The position numbers and the translations under genes are program-made. A DNA stretch of 63,454 nucleotides, counting the filler, from Octopus bimaculoides (Eukaryota): assembly GCF_001194135.2 (NCBI RefSeq). It is 6 parts of 6 records of this genome, joined end to end, with 100 filler letters (N's around TTAATTAATTAA, not from the genome) between each part and the next. Parts side by side here need not be neighbours in the genome. Positions count along the whole stretch, not along the records: positions 1 to 11,118 come from NC_068998.1; positions 11,219 to 28,837 come from NC_068988.1; 4 more parts are not named here. One strand, given 5' to 3'. The notes beneath the pieces are model-generated. The model was not told the DNA's origin. It made no database searches and saw only the letters and a program-made list of their open reading frames with translations. How positions within the stretch are numbered: the stretch's first letter is position 1; the number at the start of each line of letters is the position of its first letter. Positions 1 through 11,375 of the stretch are shown here, one piece after another.

Positions 1-324
1 CTATAACAGATAGTATAAATATCTTTTCCTATTGAAGAGATGAAAATTTGGTTAAAATATAAGAAAATGGCGTAGGCGGCATGGTGGCGGATTAGGATCA
101 TGGAAGATGATGATAACGGTAGCTGACAACATTCGACATGGGTGGGGTGGGTAAGTTAATGTAAGAAAGGGGATCGGGTTGTAACAGGAGAGCGGAGTGT
201 GGGGGGTATTTAGAAATGTGATGGGCTGGAGGACAATGGCGGAAGAAGTAGGGATTTGAGAGTTAACGTGGAAGTGGTGCAAACTAAAGGAACTTACCTT
301 ATCTAAATATGGAATAGGAAGGGG

Positions 325-509
325 GCACACACACACACACATGTATGTATATACATCTACACATATACACACACGTATATATATATAATACACACACACA
401 CACACACATATATATATCCAGGTATCTATATACATATTTATATGCATATCTATGTATATATACACATAGATATATATGTGCATGTATACGTATGTATGTG
501 TATATGTAA

Positions 510-560
<51 letters not shown>

Positions 561-641
561 TAGACATACTTATATATACATATATATGTACGCACATACA
601 TACGCACACACACACGCATATATATATGTATATATATACAT

Positions 642-672
<31 letters not shown>

Positions 673-687
673 AAATATGTAAGTATG

Positions 688-721
<34 letters not shown>

Positions 722-780
722 TGTATGTATGTATGTATGTATGCATGCATGTATGTATGTATGTATGCATACATATACAA
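325..780. repeat. Compound microsatellite field (AC/AT/ATGT); similar tracts flank almost every gap
   Basis: Direct inspection; these tracts explain most of the spurious ORFs in the supplied track. Confidence 0.95.
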
Positions 781-1229
781 TGACACATACGTGTGAACAC
801 GAAGGAATCATGTGTAATTTATGTGAGGCTAGGCTATCAAGCTTCTTGCTGCTAATGGGAGACAAACAAAAAGAAACCAGAAAGAATTCCTCAAAATATT
901 TGGTGAATATCTCTTGCAAATATTTCTGTTCTATCTTTACATTGGCATCGTTACGTGATTACACCTCTTGCCATTTCGTCAAAATACCGGGCAATATTCT
1001 TTAACTCTTTGATAAACTTCGCTCAGAGGTCGTTCAATCGTGTTTCTGTTTTTTCAAAGAAATAAACTTAGTAGATACTCTGGCTAGGGGGTTGAGAGAG
1101 GGAGAGAGAGAGAGTGAAAGAGAGAGAGAGAAAGAGTGTGTGAAAGAGAGAGAGAGAGAGAGAGACAGTGAGACAGACAGACAGTTTGTGTGTGAGTGTG
1201 CGTGTGTGTTTTGATTAAAAATTCCAATA

Positions 1230-1282
<53 letters not shown>

Positions 1283-1618
1283 NNNNNNNNNNNNNNNNNN
1301 NNNNNNNNNNNNNNNNNNNNNNNNNNNNNNNNNNNNNNNNNNNNNNNNNNNNNNNNNNNNNNNNNNNNNNNNNNNNNNNNNNNNNNNNNNNNNNNNNNNN
1401 NNNNNNNNNNNNNNNNNNNNNNNNNNNNNNNNNNNNNNNNNNNNNNNNNNNNNNNNNNNNNNNNNNNNNNNNNNNNNNNNNNNNNNNNNNNNNNNNNNNN
1501 NNNNNNNNNNNNNNNNNNNNNNNNNNNNNNNNNNNNNNNNNNNNNNNNNNNNNNNNNNNNNNNNNNNNNNNNNNNNNNNNNNNNNNNNNNNNNNNNNNNN
1601 NNNNNNNNNNNNNNATAT

Positions 1619-1965
1619 GTAGGTGCAGGCCTGTCTACATGGTAAGAAACTTACTTCCCAACCACATAGTTACGGGTTCAGTTCTACTGCGTGATACCTT
1701 GGGTCAAATGTCATCTAATATAGCCTCGAACCGACCAAAGCCCTGTGAGTGGATTTGGCAGACGAAAACTGAAAGGAGCCCGTTGTGTGTGTGTGTGTGT
1801 GTGTGTGTATTTGACCACCGCCACTACTAAACAACCAGTGTTGGTGTCTCTATGATCCCATAACCTAGCAGTTCGGGAGAAGGGAGCGATAGAATAAGTA
1901 CCAGGCTTAATAAGTGCTGAAATCGATTTCTTCAGTTAAAACACTTCAAGGGGGAGCCCCGGCGT
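1619..1965 (+). mobile_element. tRNA-derived SINE family A, diverged copy
   Basis: TGGTAAG/CCAACCACAT head, GGATTTGG.AGACG.AAACTGAAAG core, GATAGAATAAGTAC tail. Confidence 0.8.
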
Positions 1966-1999
1966 TTCCATGACTTAGCGGTTAGTTAACATACAAGTC

Positions 2000-2278
2000 A
2001 TGCGAATGTGCCAGTAGTCTGCGATTTGGCTTGGTGGAGATTACCCTCTCAAAGCACCTAGTGTTAAACCACCTGAAAGTTATGAACAGGTGAGACAAAC
2101 CAACCCAATTCCCATTGAGGAATGAACGGGAGACAACTCACTCTAAATCCCGTTCACTGCTGAATTGGATTGGGGTGAGTTGTCTCACCTGTCCATGACT
2201 TTCATGTGTTTTAACACCTGGCGCTTTGAGACAGTCATCTCCACTACACCATTTCGCAGCCTACTGGCATATACGCAT
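2000..2278. repeat. ~280-bp imperfect hairpin (foldback/MITE-like)
   Basis: Arms 2000-2131 and 2148-2278, 16-nt loop, roughly 80% complementary by eye. Confidence 0.85.
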
Positions 2279-2478
2279 CGCGTATCTGTCAATCATGTGA
2301 GGTCGATAATGTATATATATATATATATATAACATAATATAATATATATTGTATGTATACGTATATGTATATATTTATAAAATATGTCTAATTCGAAATA
2401 TATTTTGTCGGACTAACGATCGTTATTCAATTCACTTTCAAATTTATCTTTCAGCTTATAACTGCAACTAGCTCTTTT

Positions 2479-2526
<48 letters not shown>

Positions 2527-3173
2527 NNNNNNNNNNNNNNNNNNNNNNNNNNNNNNNNNNNNNNNNNNNNNNNNNNNNNNNNNNNNNNNNNNNNNNNNNN
2601 NNNNNNNNNNNNNNNNNNNNNNNNNNNNNNNNNNNNNNNNNNNNNNNNNNNNNNNNNNNNNNNNNNNNNNNNNNNNNNNNNNNNNNNNNNNNNNNNNNNN
2701 NNNNNNNNNNNNNNNNNNNNNNNNNNNNNNNNNNNNNNNNNNNNNNNNNNNNNNNNNNNNNNNNNNNNNNNNNNNNNNNNNNNNNNNNNNNNNNNNNNNN
2801 NNNNNNNNNNNNNNNNNNNNNNNNNNNNNNNNNNNNNNNNNNNNNNNNNNNNNNNNNNNNNNNNNNNNNNNNNNNNNNNNNNNNNNNNNNNNNNNNNNNN
2901 NNNNNNNNNNNNNNNNNNNNNNNNNNNNNNNNNNNNNNNNNNNNNNNNNNNNNNNNNNNNNNNNNNNNNNNNNNNNNNNNNNNNNNNNNNNNNNNNNNNN
3001 NNNNNNNNNNNNNNNNNNNNNNNNNNNNNNNNNNNNNNNNNNNNNNNNNNNNNNNNNNNNNNNNNNNNNNNNNNNNNNNNNNNNNNNNNNNNNNNNNNNN
3101 NNNNNNNNNNNNNNNNNNNNNNNNNNNNNNNNNNNNNNNNNNNNNNNNNNNNNNNNNNNNNNNNNNNNNNNNN

Positions 3174-3590
3174 AAAACATCCAGACAGTTAGGTGATACA
3201 AGAAAGGGACAACAAAACATCCAGATAGGCGATACAAAGAAAACAAGGACAGGTCATTCGGAGTTTTCTTTCCTCAGTCGAGATCCAGATTATCTTTGCA
3301 ATTTCGGCTGGCTTTTCTAGATATGGCTCCAATCTGGCCAGCGCCAAAGAAAAACTAAGCTAAGAGCATTAGATTCCTTGGAAGAAAGTAGCGAATGTAT
3401 ACAAAAACAAGGACGGAAAAAAACGAACAATGTTACACAAATACAGGACATAACAACAGATGTCTTTCGACTAAGGACGAATTAAATTAAGCTGGCGTGT
3501 CTGGAAATAAAGCCCTACGGCAAGGATACAAGATTTCACAGACACTGGGAGGAATATCGATGGTGTATACGTCTGTAGGTGTGTAGTGAC
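3174..3590. repeat. Dispersed repeat family F (inverted partial copy at 7880-8069)
   Basis: GTCATTCGGAGTTTTC..CCTCAGTCGAG..CCAGATTATCTTTGCAATTTCGG shared in reverse complement. Confidence 0.75.
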
Positions 3591-3759
3591 GTAATAATAA
3601 TGTCAAGTGGTTTTGTGCAGCTGTGTGGAACTTAGAAGATATCCGTTAAAAAAAGTTATCTCCAATAAAACATATTCTCAATAAGTCGCATTCAAACAAT
3701 GGGCTTGTGTGAGCGTGTGTGTGTGTGCATGTATGTATGTAAAATGATGTCTGTATGTA

Positions 3760-3791
<32 letters not shown>

Positions 3792-4043
3792 CAAGTGTCT
3801 GTACGCATGTATGAGGTTGTGTGTTTCCCTCTGCGTCTTCCAGTGTGGATGTTTTTTTAGCGTGTCTAAATGTGTGTGTGTGTGTGTGTGAGTGTCTGTT
3901 TACTCCCGTGACGGCAAGTGCGTGTTGGTTTGTATGTGTGTGTCTGTCTGTTTGTGTGTATGTATGTGCGTGTGTGTGCGCGCGTGCGTGCCTCTGAAGA
4001 TATTCGGCGCATGTACCTCTTTCTCCCTCCTCTTTGTCCCACT

Positions 4044-4085
<42 letters not shown>

Positions 4086-4208
4086 NNNNNNNNNNNNNNN
4101 NNNNNNNNNNNNNNNNNNTATATATATATATATATATATACATATATATATACATATATATATACACATATATATATACATATATATATACACATATATA
4201 TATACATA

Positions 4209-4240
<32 letters not shown>

Positions 4241-4309
4241 CATACATATATGTATAAATATACATACACACACACACACATATATATATACACACTACAT
4301 ACATAATAT

Positions 4310-4770
4310 GCGTATATATCTATATTATTTAATAGACACGATACATATTTTATGTCTTTATGTGCTACTTATAGTTTCATGTGTTGAGAAATACCTCGAA
4401 CATATTCATCAGGCACAAACCACATATCACAACGAACTAAAAATTGAATGAAAGGAAAAACGCGAAAAGTTGTGAAGAGATCTTATAGAAAACGTGAAAG
4501 GTTAAAAAACCGATAAACGAAAACCGGAAAACGAAAAAGTAAAACGTAAAAAGTAAAAAAGAAAGTTTTAAAAATTAACTCCCTTAGACCTTAAATCGTA
4601 AGGTTGGAGAGATATCAAGTAAATCAGGTATAAGCGGAATTTTCCAGTTCTTCAAAATGTACTTAGATATATGTTTACAACCGCTGAAAATTTCAGACCT
4701 AGAGTTCAGTAGCGAGTTAAGGATCTGAAAAGGGCCTGAGCTCTTTCAGCTAAACGGAAGAGTGCATTGT
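4310..4770 (-). mobile_element. Short HHR-bearing repeat (solo pLTR-like)
   Basis: Non-coding U-rich block ending in the 4361-4417 HHR and flanked by (AT)n; boundaries approximate. Confidence 0.45.
4361..4417 (-). ncRNA. Type I hammerhead ribozyme, complete fold
   Basis: Minus strand: UGUGC-CUGAUGA-AUAUGUU...AACACAU-GAAA-CU-AUA-AG-UA^GCACA. Stem I 5 bp, stem II 6 of 7 pairs, stem III 3 bp, GUA cleavage triplet, predicted cut at 4366/4365. Confidence 0.8.
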
Positions 4771-4949
4771 ATATATTTATATATAATTATAGCGTGGGAG
4801 ACATATTGGATATATTGGACATATTCTTTTATGCTTTTACGTGTTTCACTTATTTGACTGCGACCATTCTGGAGCACCGCCTTGAATATATTAGCTATTC
4901 AAAAACACTGGACGATCCTGTGGAGTTTCATCTTTTTCACATCACAAAT

Positions 4950-5165
4950 ATGATAAGAAAGCATGGGTATTTGGTATAACCAGATGTCCATGAGAAAATC
5001 CACCATCTTAAATCAATGCAGATGACCCATTTTTGACCATGATACAGCATCTTCTCTAAAATCAACTTAATTCCTTCATATTTTTCCTTCGGAGTTGTTG
5101 AGTGGCCCCGAGTGGGACAGAGCCATACACACGCGAGTACATGCATAAAACTAAAGATACCAATC
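4950..5165 (-). mobile_element. DNA transposase fragment, Chapaev3-like (CMC/Transib-related)
   Basis: YGSVPLGHSTT.KEKYE, KWVICIDL, SGYTKYPCFL across frameshifts; family name assigned from memory of the motif. Confidence 0.55.
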
Positions 5166-5402
5166 TACACATGCAATGTCTCCAAATACTGCACATATAC
5201 ACACATACATGAAAAAATACCATGTTGATGTTAAAATTCCAGTGAAGGGTCCTTGGTTCTAGATTAGAAACCGGCTCTCTATTGGCAAGAAATCTTGAAA
5301 TAAAATTGAATAATGACATACATACATACATACATACATACATATGTACTACGTATGTACCAGAGGCATTGCTATGTTCTAAAATGAGAACAAATTTATT
5401 TT

Positions 5403-5940
5403 CAGGAGTGGCTGCGTGGTAAGTAGCTTACCAACCACATGGTTCCAGATTCAGTCTGACTGCGTGGCACCTTGGGCAAGTGTTTACTATAGCCGACCCA
5501 AGCCTTGTGAGTGGATTTGGTAGACGGAAACTGGAAGAATATGTGTGTGTATGTGTGTTTGCGTGTGTGTGAGTGTGTGTCTGTTTCCCCCCCCCCCNNN
5601 NNNNNNNNNNNNNNNNNNNNNNNNNNNNNNNNNNNNNNNNNNNNNNNNNNNNNNNNNNNNNNNNNNNNNNNNNNNNNNNNNNNNNNNNNNNNNNNNNNNN
5701 NNNNNNNNNNNNNNNNNNNNNNNNNNNNNNNNNNNNNNNNNNNNNNNNNNNNNNNNNNNNNNNNNNNNNNNNNNNNNNNNNNNNNNNNNNNNNNGTACGT
5801 CCTTGTAACTTAGCGGTTCGGAAAAAGGGACAGATAGAATAAGTACTAGGCTTACAAAGCCCTGGGGGTTGATTGGTTCGACTAAAGGTTGTGCTCCAGC
5901 ATGGCCGCAGTCAAATGACTGAAACAAATAAATGAGTAAA
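5403..5940 (+). mobile_element. SINE family A, interrupted by a gap
   Basis: TGGCTGCGTGGTAAG head to CAGCATGGCCGCAGTCAAATGACTGAAAC tail. Confidence 0.85.
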
Positions 5941-6530
5941 AGAATGTGCATTTCAGCATGACTAAATCTCATTTTTTAAAGAACTGAAACCGGTAGCATA
6001 CATTGGTAAACACTTTTCCTATGATAAAATTTAATACGTTGACTATTGAATTTATTCGTTTTTCCCGCTGAGATCAATCTTGCTTTGATCCCGCTGAGAT
6101 CAATCGGGTGTGGAAGAGGTGGCTGTCGGTAAGTATATCGTCAGTCAATTACTACGGTCCTGCCGCGGTGAGGGGCCGAGGTGTTGGGAGAGCAGAACGT
6201 TTCTGCGACAACAGAACGGGTGGAGGAAACCTGACACACGCCGTTTAAAATCCACAGAGTTTTCGGAAGTTATGCGCGCATTCCAAGTGTCAACAGAGAG
6301 ACATATGCTAGAGATGACGACGACGACGGTGATGATGATGATGGTGGTGATGATGATGATGGTGGTGATGATGATGATGGTGATGATGATGATAAAGAAG
6401 AAGAAGAAGAAGATGATGATGATAGCTATGATAAAATCATGATGACGAAGATGACGATGATGATGACGACTACGATAATGAGGTTGATGACCGTGATGTT
6501 AATGAAGAAGATAATGGTGTGATGATGGTA

Positions 6531-6730
6531 GTGGCGATAATGATGATGATGGCGATGATGATGATGGCGATGATGATGATGGCGATGATGATGATGGCGA
6601 TGATGATGATGGCGATGATGATGATGGCGATGATGATGATGGCGATGATGATGATGGCGATGATGATGATGGCGATGATGATGATGGCGATGATGATGAT
6701 GGCGATGATGATGATGGCGATGATGATGAT
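6531..6730 (+). repeat. 15-bp minisatellite (GATGATGATGATGGC)n, about 13 copies
   Basis: Near-perfect higher-order repeat within a (GAT)n field. Confidence 0.92.
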
Positions 6731-7246
6731 TCCGACACTTCCCGCCACTACCATCACACACACACACACAGGTGTCAATGAAATTAGTAATGTAGCTGAA
6801 AAACGTTAAACACTCCCATACATACGCACGCACACACGCACACACACACATATACACGCACGGTGATATTAATACTCAAGCACGTGTATGTATATGTAAT
6901 TATACATGTTATGTATTTCTATACTGTACATGTGTATATTCACATGCGTATATATACATATACATGAATGAACATAGAAAGCATTATATACACAGACATG
7001 TTATATATATTTTATAAATACATACGTATATATATATACGTGTGTGTGTGCGTGTGCGTGTGCGTGTGTGTGTAATTATGTATGTCTATAGGATAATTGT
7101 AAGTATATAAGTTTCCCTTTGGGGCTATAGATTTATATACACTCGCGTATATACACAACGTGGTCATTTACATCCATCATAAAGTCAGCCGTACTTTAAG
7201 ACAAACATATGTTATTTTTCCATGAGTGTGTGTGTGAGAGAGAGAA

Positions 7247-7330
<84 letters not shown>

Positions 7331-7636
7331 TGTGTGTGTGTGTGGGTGTGTGCGTGTGTGTAATGCAATGGGAAAGAATATGTGATTTAATTACTTCATC
7401 AAAATAGCTACTATCAAACGAGGGGACTGAGAATTCGGCGTTTTCAGAAGCCGTCACCAGATAAGAGCGAGTCGCTCTAGTAACGAGTAGCTTGTACTTT
7501 TCCGGATCTGGTACTCTTAAAACAATATAAACATGTACTCCACTCACGTGCGTGATGGACTGTAATAATACAGAAAGCTGAAACTGCTCAGGAGAATTCA
7601 AACGTGTACTCCCACTGCTACCCTCTTAAACGGTTA

Positions 7637-7693
7637 GATGGGTGCTGATGAAGAGGTAAAAAACATTCCTGAAATATAGCATATACGCACATT
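7637..7693 (+). ncRNA. Type I hammerhead ribozyme-like motif
   Basis: CUGAUGA 7645-7651; AGG/CCU stem II after two extra nt; GAAA 7671-7674; AUAU/AUAU stem III; AUA triplet; stem I pairs at 7 of 8 positions (two are G.U). Confidence 0.6.
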
Positions 7694-8434
7694 ACTCATT
7701 TTTCATCTTCGATCTCATTGTTTGTTTAAATCTGAAGTCTCGGATACGAAACGTCGTAACAAAAGCAATGAGGCTATAATTTCTATACAATAACGAAATA
7801 CTGAGTACCTACAATTCATTAACCTTTTATAAATGCCATAAAGTAGGCACGGCCTAACATAACATTGGTTAAAAGACTGTTTCGATAAAAAATGTATAAC
7901 CAGATAAATGGAGCAATCTCCGAAATTGCAAAGATAATCTGGAACTCGACTGAGGATAGAAAACTCCGAATGACCTATCCTTGTTTTCCTTGTATCGTCT
8001 TTCTGGATGTTTTGTTGTCCCTTTTTTGTGGATGTTTTGCGTTCTTGTCCGATTTTTGTATTATATATANNNNNNNNNNNNNNNNNNNNNNNNNNNNNNN
8101 NNNNNNNNNNNNNNNNNNNNNNNNNNNNNNNNNNNNNNNNNNNNNNNNNNNNNNNNNNNNNNNNNNNNNNNNNNNNNNNNNNNNNNNNNNNNNNNNNNNN
8201 NNNNNNNNTTCGCATCGCTTTAACTCTTGACTGATGCCGCTCAACTGTTAGGTGGGTAGGCCACGAACACCCCTGAACGAGACGCTAGTCTGTAGCCTGT
8301 CTAGCTATTGGTTGACTTTGCCTTTTATCTTTTCGGGGTCGATAAAATCAACTAGCCCCCTGGCACGAAATTTCTAGCGCTTGCCAAAATTTGAAACCAT
8401 CATTAAATAACAGTTTAAAACGGCGATTTGGCAT

Positions 8435-8600
8435 AATCGTTAGCATCCTGGACGAAATGCTTAGCGGTATTTCGCCCGTCGCTACATTCTGATTTCAAAT
8501 TCCGCCGACGCCGACTTTGCCTTCCATCCTTGGAGCTCGATAAATTAAGTACAAGTGAAACACTGAGATCGCTGTAATCGACTATTCCTCCTCAGAAACA
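8435..8600 (+). mobile_element. tRNA-derived SINE family B (other copies at about 14440-14810, 29270-29715, 30960-31130, 32755-32960, 36555-36750, 46735-46880, 55065-55310)
   Basis: CGTTAGC...AAATGCTTAGC...TCAAATTCCGCCGA...GACTTTGCC...GATAAATTAAGTAC. Confidence 0.8.
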
Positions 8601-9050
8601 AAAAAATTTCAGGCCTTGTAATTATAGTAGAAAGGATTATTAAATAACAGTTTTATTAGGCTCCATGCAACTTAAAATTTCGTAGATTCGTCAAACGAAC
8701 CATCTCGTCAGGATCGTTGAAACCGAACGAGTCCAAAATGGGCTCAGGATTTTGAGCTGCTATTTATTGGTCAACGCAAGGTACATAGCGTTATCAATTT
8801 GGTAGCGACAGCGATAACAATTGTGTAATCCATCTTGAATTCCTAGTACCACCTGCTAGAACAGGATGTTCAAATTCTGTACTCCTATCAGAATTCCATC
8901 GTGTTATAAGTAGGTGAATTGGGATACGCTGTTTGCTAACTCCGTTATTCTATATTTATACACAAGTATACATTACACAGAAACGTATACACACATATAT
9001 ATATAGCCTAAGCACATGCACATATACACACACAGATAAAAACCTACTTT

Positions 9051-9129
<79 letters not shown>

Positions 9130-9229
9130 TATATATATATCAGTTAACAAACATTAAATATGCAAGAACAAGCAGAAAACAAACACAGAAAGTTGCCAAA
9201 TCCTGTTCTTTACATATACATTTTCAATG

Positions 9230-9430
9230 TGACTGCGTGTGTATCGTTGGCGACTTTCTTTCTCCGTCTTCCCTTCTTTGGAATTTTTCTACATTTCTGA
9301 TGAAGAGCTCCGCTCGAAACGTGAAATCCTCTTTTTTGTTTCTTTCCTTTCCTGAGCGTCCAATAACACAGTACTTGTACCACGCCCTCGCGCTGCTGTT
9401 TTTTCTTGCTTGTTCTTGCTTGAATTGACT
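9230..9430 (+). mobile_element. Short HHR-bearing repeat (solo pLTR-like)
   Basis: Pyrimidine-rich block around the 9293-9327 motif, ending in an AT/AC microsatellite. Confidence 0.45.
9293..9327 (+). ncRNA. Minimal PLE-type hammerhead motif, probably inactive (G at cleavage position)
   Basis: AUUU-CUGAUGA-A-GAGC(UCC)GCUC-GAAA-CGU-G-AAAU, with palindromic ACGU stem III. Confidence 0.55.
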
Positions 9431-9504
9431 GTATACATATACATACATACATACACACATATATATATGTGAGAGAGAGAGAGAGAGAGAGAGAGCATAT
9501 ATAT

Positions 9505-9672
9505 GTAGGTGCAAGAATGGCTGTGTGGTAAGAAGCTTGCTTTCCAACCACATGGTTCGGGGTTCAGTCCCACTGTGTGGCACTTTGGGCAAGTGTCTAC
9601 TACTATAACCTTGGGCCGTTCAAAGCCTTGTGGGTGGATTTGGTAGGCAGAAACTGAAAGAAGCCCATCGTA
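9505..9672 (+). mobile_element. SINE family A, 5' half
   Basis: TGGCTGTGTGGTAAG...GGTTCAGTCCC...GAAAGAAGCCC. Confidence 0.85.
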
Positions 9673-9963
9673 TATATANNNNNNNNNNNNNNNNNNNNNN
9701 NNNNNNNNNNNNNNNNNNNNNNNNNNNNNNNNNNNNNNNNNNNNNNNNNNNNNNNNNNNNNNNNNNNNNNNNNNNNNNNNNNNNNNNNNNNNNNNNNNNN
9801 NNNNNNNNNNNNNNNNNNNNNNNNNNNNNNNNNNNNNNNNNNNNNNNNNNNNNNNNNNNNNNNNNNNNNNNNNNNNNNNNNNNNNNNNNNNNNNNNNNNN
9901 NNNNNNNNNNNNNNNNNNNNNNNNNNNNNNNNNNNNNNNNNNNNNNNNNNNNNNNNNNNNNNN

Positions 9964-10002
<39 letters not shown>

Positions 10003-10329
10003 GAGAGAGAGAGAGAGAGAGAGGCAGAAAGCAGAAGGGAGAGAAAAAGCGTAGTAGTAATGGTGATGGTGGTGACTATGGAGGTAGTCATGGTGGTGGT
10101 GGTGGTGGTGTTAAAGTAGTGTTGCTGTGACCTCTCTTTCCATCTGGTGACCCCTAAACCAGTCACACTACTTGAACACATCCTTGAATCATTGATAAAA
10201 GCACATTATTGGCATACCAGCATGTGTTACTGGAGCTGTTGTTGTTGTTGTTACTGCTGATAATCTGTTTTCTTTTATAAGTTTTGTTGTTTTTCAGTAA
10301 ATTCGCTATTTCAGTAAACCACAACACAG

Positions 10330-10659
10330 TGCCGCGTAACCCCCACCTTCTACCTTCTATCTTTCACTCGTTTCGGTCATTAGACCGTGGCGACGCGGGG
10401 ACACCACCCTGGAGAATTTTAGTCGGAAGAATCGACACCTGTACTTACATTTTAAAAGTCTGGTACTTGCTCTATCCTTCTCTTTTGCTGAACCGCCAGC
10501 TTACAGGGTCGTCAACACCAAACACCGGTTGTCTCGCGGTGATGGGGAACAAACACCAGCACACACATACACATACACACACAGAGGACAGGCTTCTTTC
10601 AGTTTCCGTCTACTAAATTCACTCACAAGGACTTGGTCGGGCCGAAGCTATTGTAGAAG

Positions 10660-10662
<3 letters not shown>
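10330..10662 (-). mobile_element. SINE family A
   Basis: Reverse complement of family A body and tail. Confidence 0.75.
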
Positions 10663-10693
<31 letters not shown>

Positions 10694-10785
10694 GGATGGA
10701 TGGTTGTGCGTGTGTTTAGTGGAACAAACGGAAGAAATAGAGCAAACTTAATATATGAGTAAATATTCTTTCTTCTTTTAAATTA

Positions 10786-11110
10786 TCTATATATATAAAA
10801 ATGAGAATGTGTGTCTGTCTGTCTGTCTGTCTGTCTGTGTGAATCCCTAAAACTCGAGAACTACGCAACCAATTTCATTCAAATTTTACAGATGTCTTAC
10901 TTAGGGTTCCAGTTGTGTTTTAGTCAAAAAACATTTTAACTTCTTGCAGAGTTCGAGCCCACAGCAACATAATATCTCCTCCACTATTTAAGTATTACGT
11001 GTCAAAAGTGAAACAAAAACACTCATGTCAAATACTTTCACTTTAAAAATGAAACTATTCTACTAACTGAAACAATCACATTTCGATACTGTAATGACAG
11101 ATACTTTCAG
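10786..11110 (+). mobile_element. Non-autonomous Helitron-like element, 5' end
   Basis: A|TCTATATATATAAAA start followed by a (TCTG)n tract and CCAATTTCATTCAAATTT, the DINE-1/Lep1-type layout. Confidence 0.55.
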
Positions 11111-11118
11111 AGAGAGAG

Positions 11119-11218
11119 NNNNNNNNNNNNNNNNNNNNNNNNNNNNNNNNNNNNNNNNNNNNTTAATTAATTAANNNNNNNNNNNNNNNNNNNNNNNNNN
11201 NNNNNNNNNNNNNNNNNN
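11119..11218. other. Artificial scaffold-join spacer N44-TTAATTAATTAA-N44 (also at 28838-28937, 49827-49926, 54527-54626, 61998-62097)
   Basis: Five identical 100-bp blocks; the 12-mer puts stop codons in all six frames. Confidence 0.95.
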
Positions 11219-11261
<43 letters not shown>

Positions 11262-11303
11262 CATATATATATATATACACACACACATATACATACATAC
11301 ATA

Positions 11304-11339
<36 letters not shown>

Positions 11340-11340
11340 T

Positions 11341-11375
<35 letters not shown>

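Noticed and set aside
60-300. Promoter or first-exon signals (AAAATGGCG YY1-like motifs, GTAAGT donors)
   Set aside because: Short motifs only, with no open frame or linked exons to support them.
52-4451. Long ORFs of YI/CV/HT/ER/SL dipeptides here and throughout the track
   Set aside because: Translations of microsatellites and N runs.
7734-7760. CUGAAG...GAAACGUC
   Set aside because: Lacks A9 and a stem II.
8660-8715. Minus-strand CUGACGA...GAAA
   Set aside because: Stems I and III cannot be paired convincingly.
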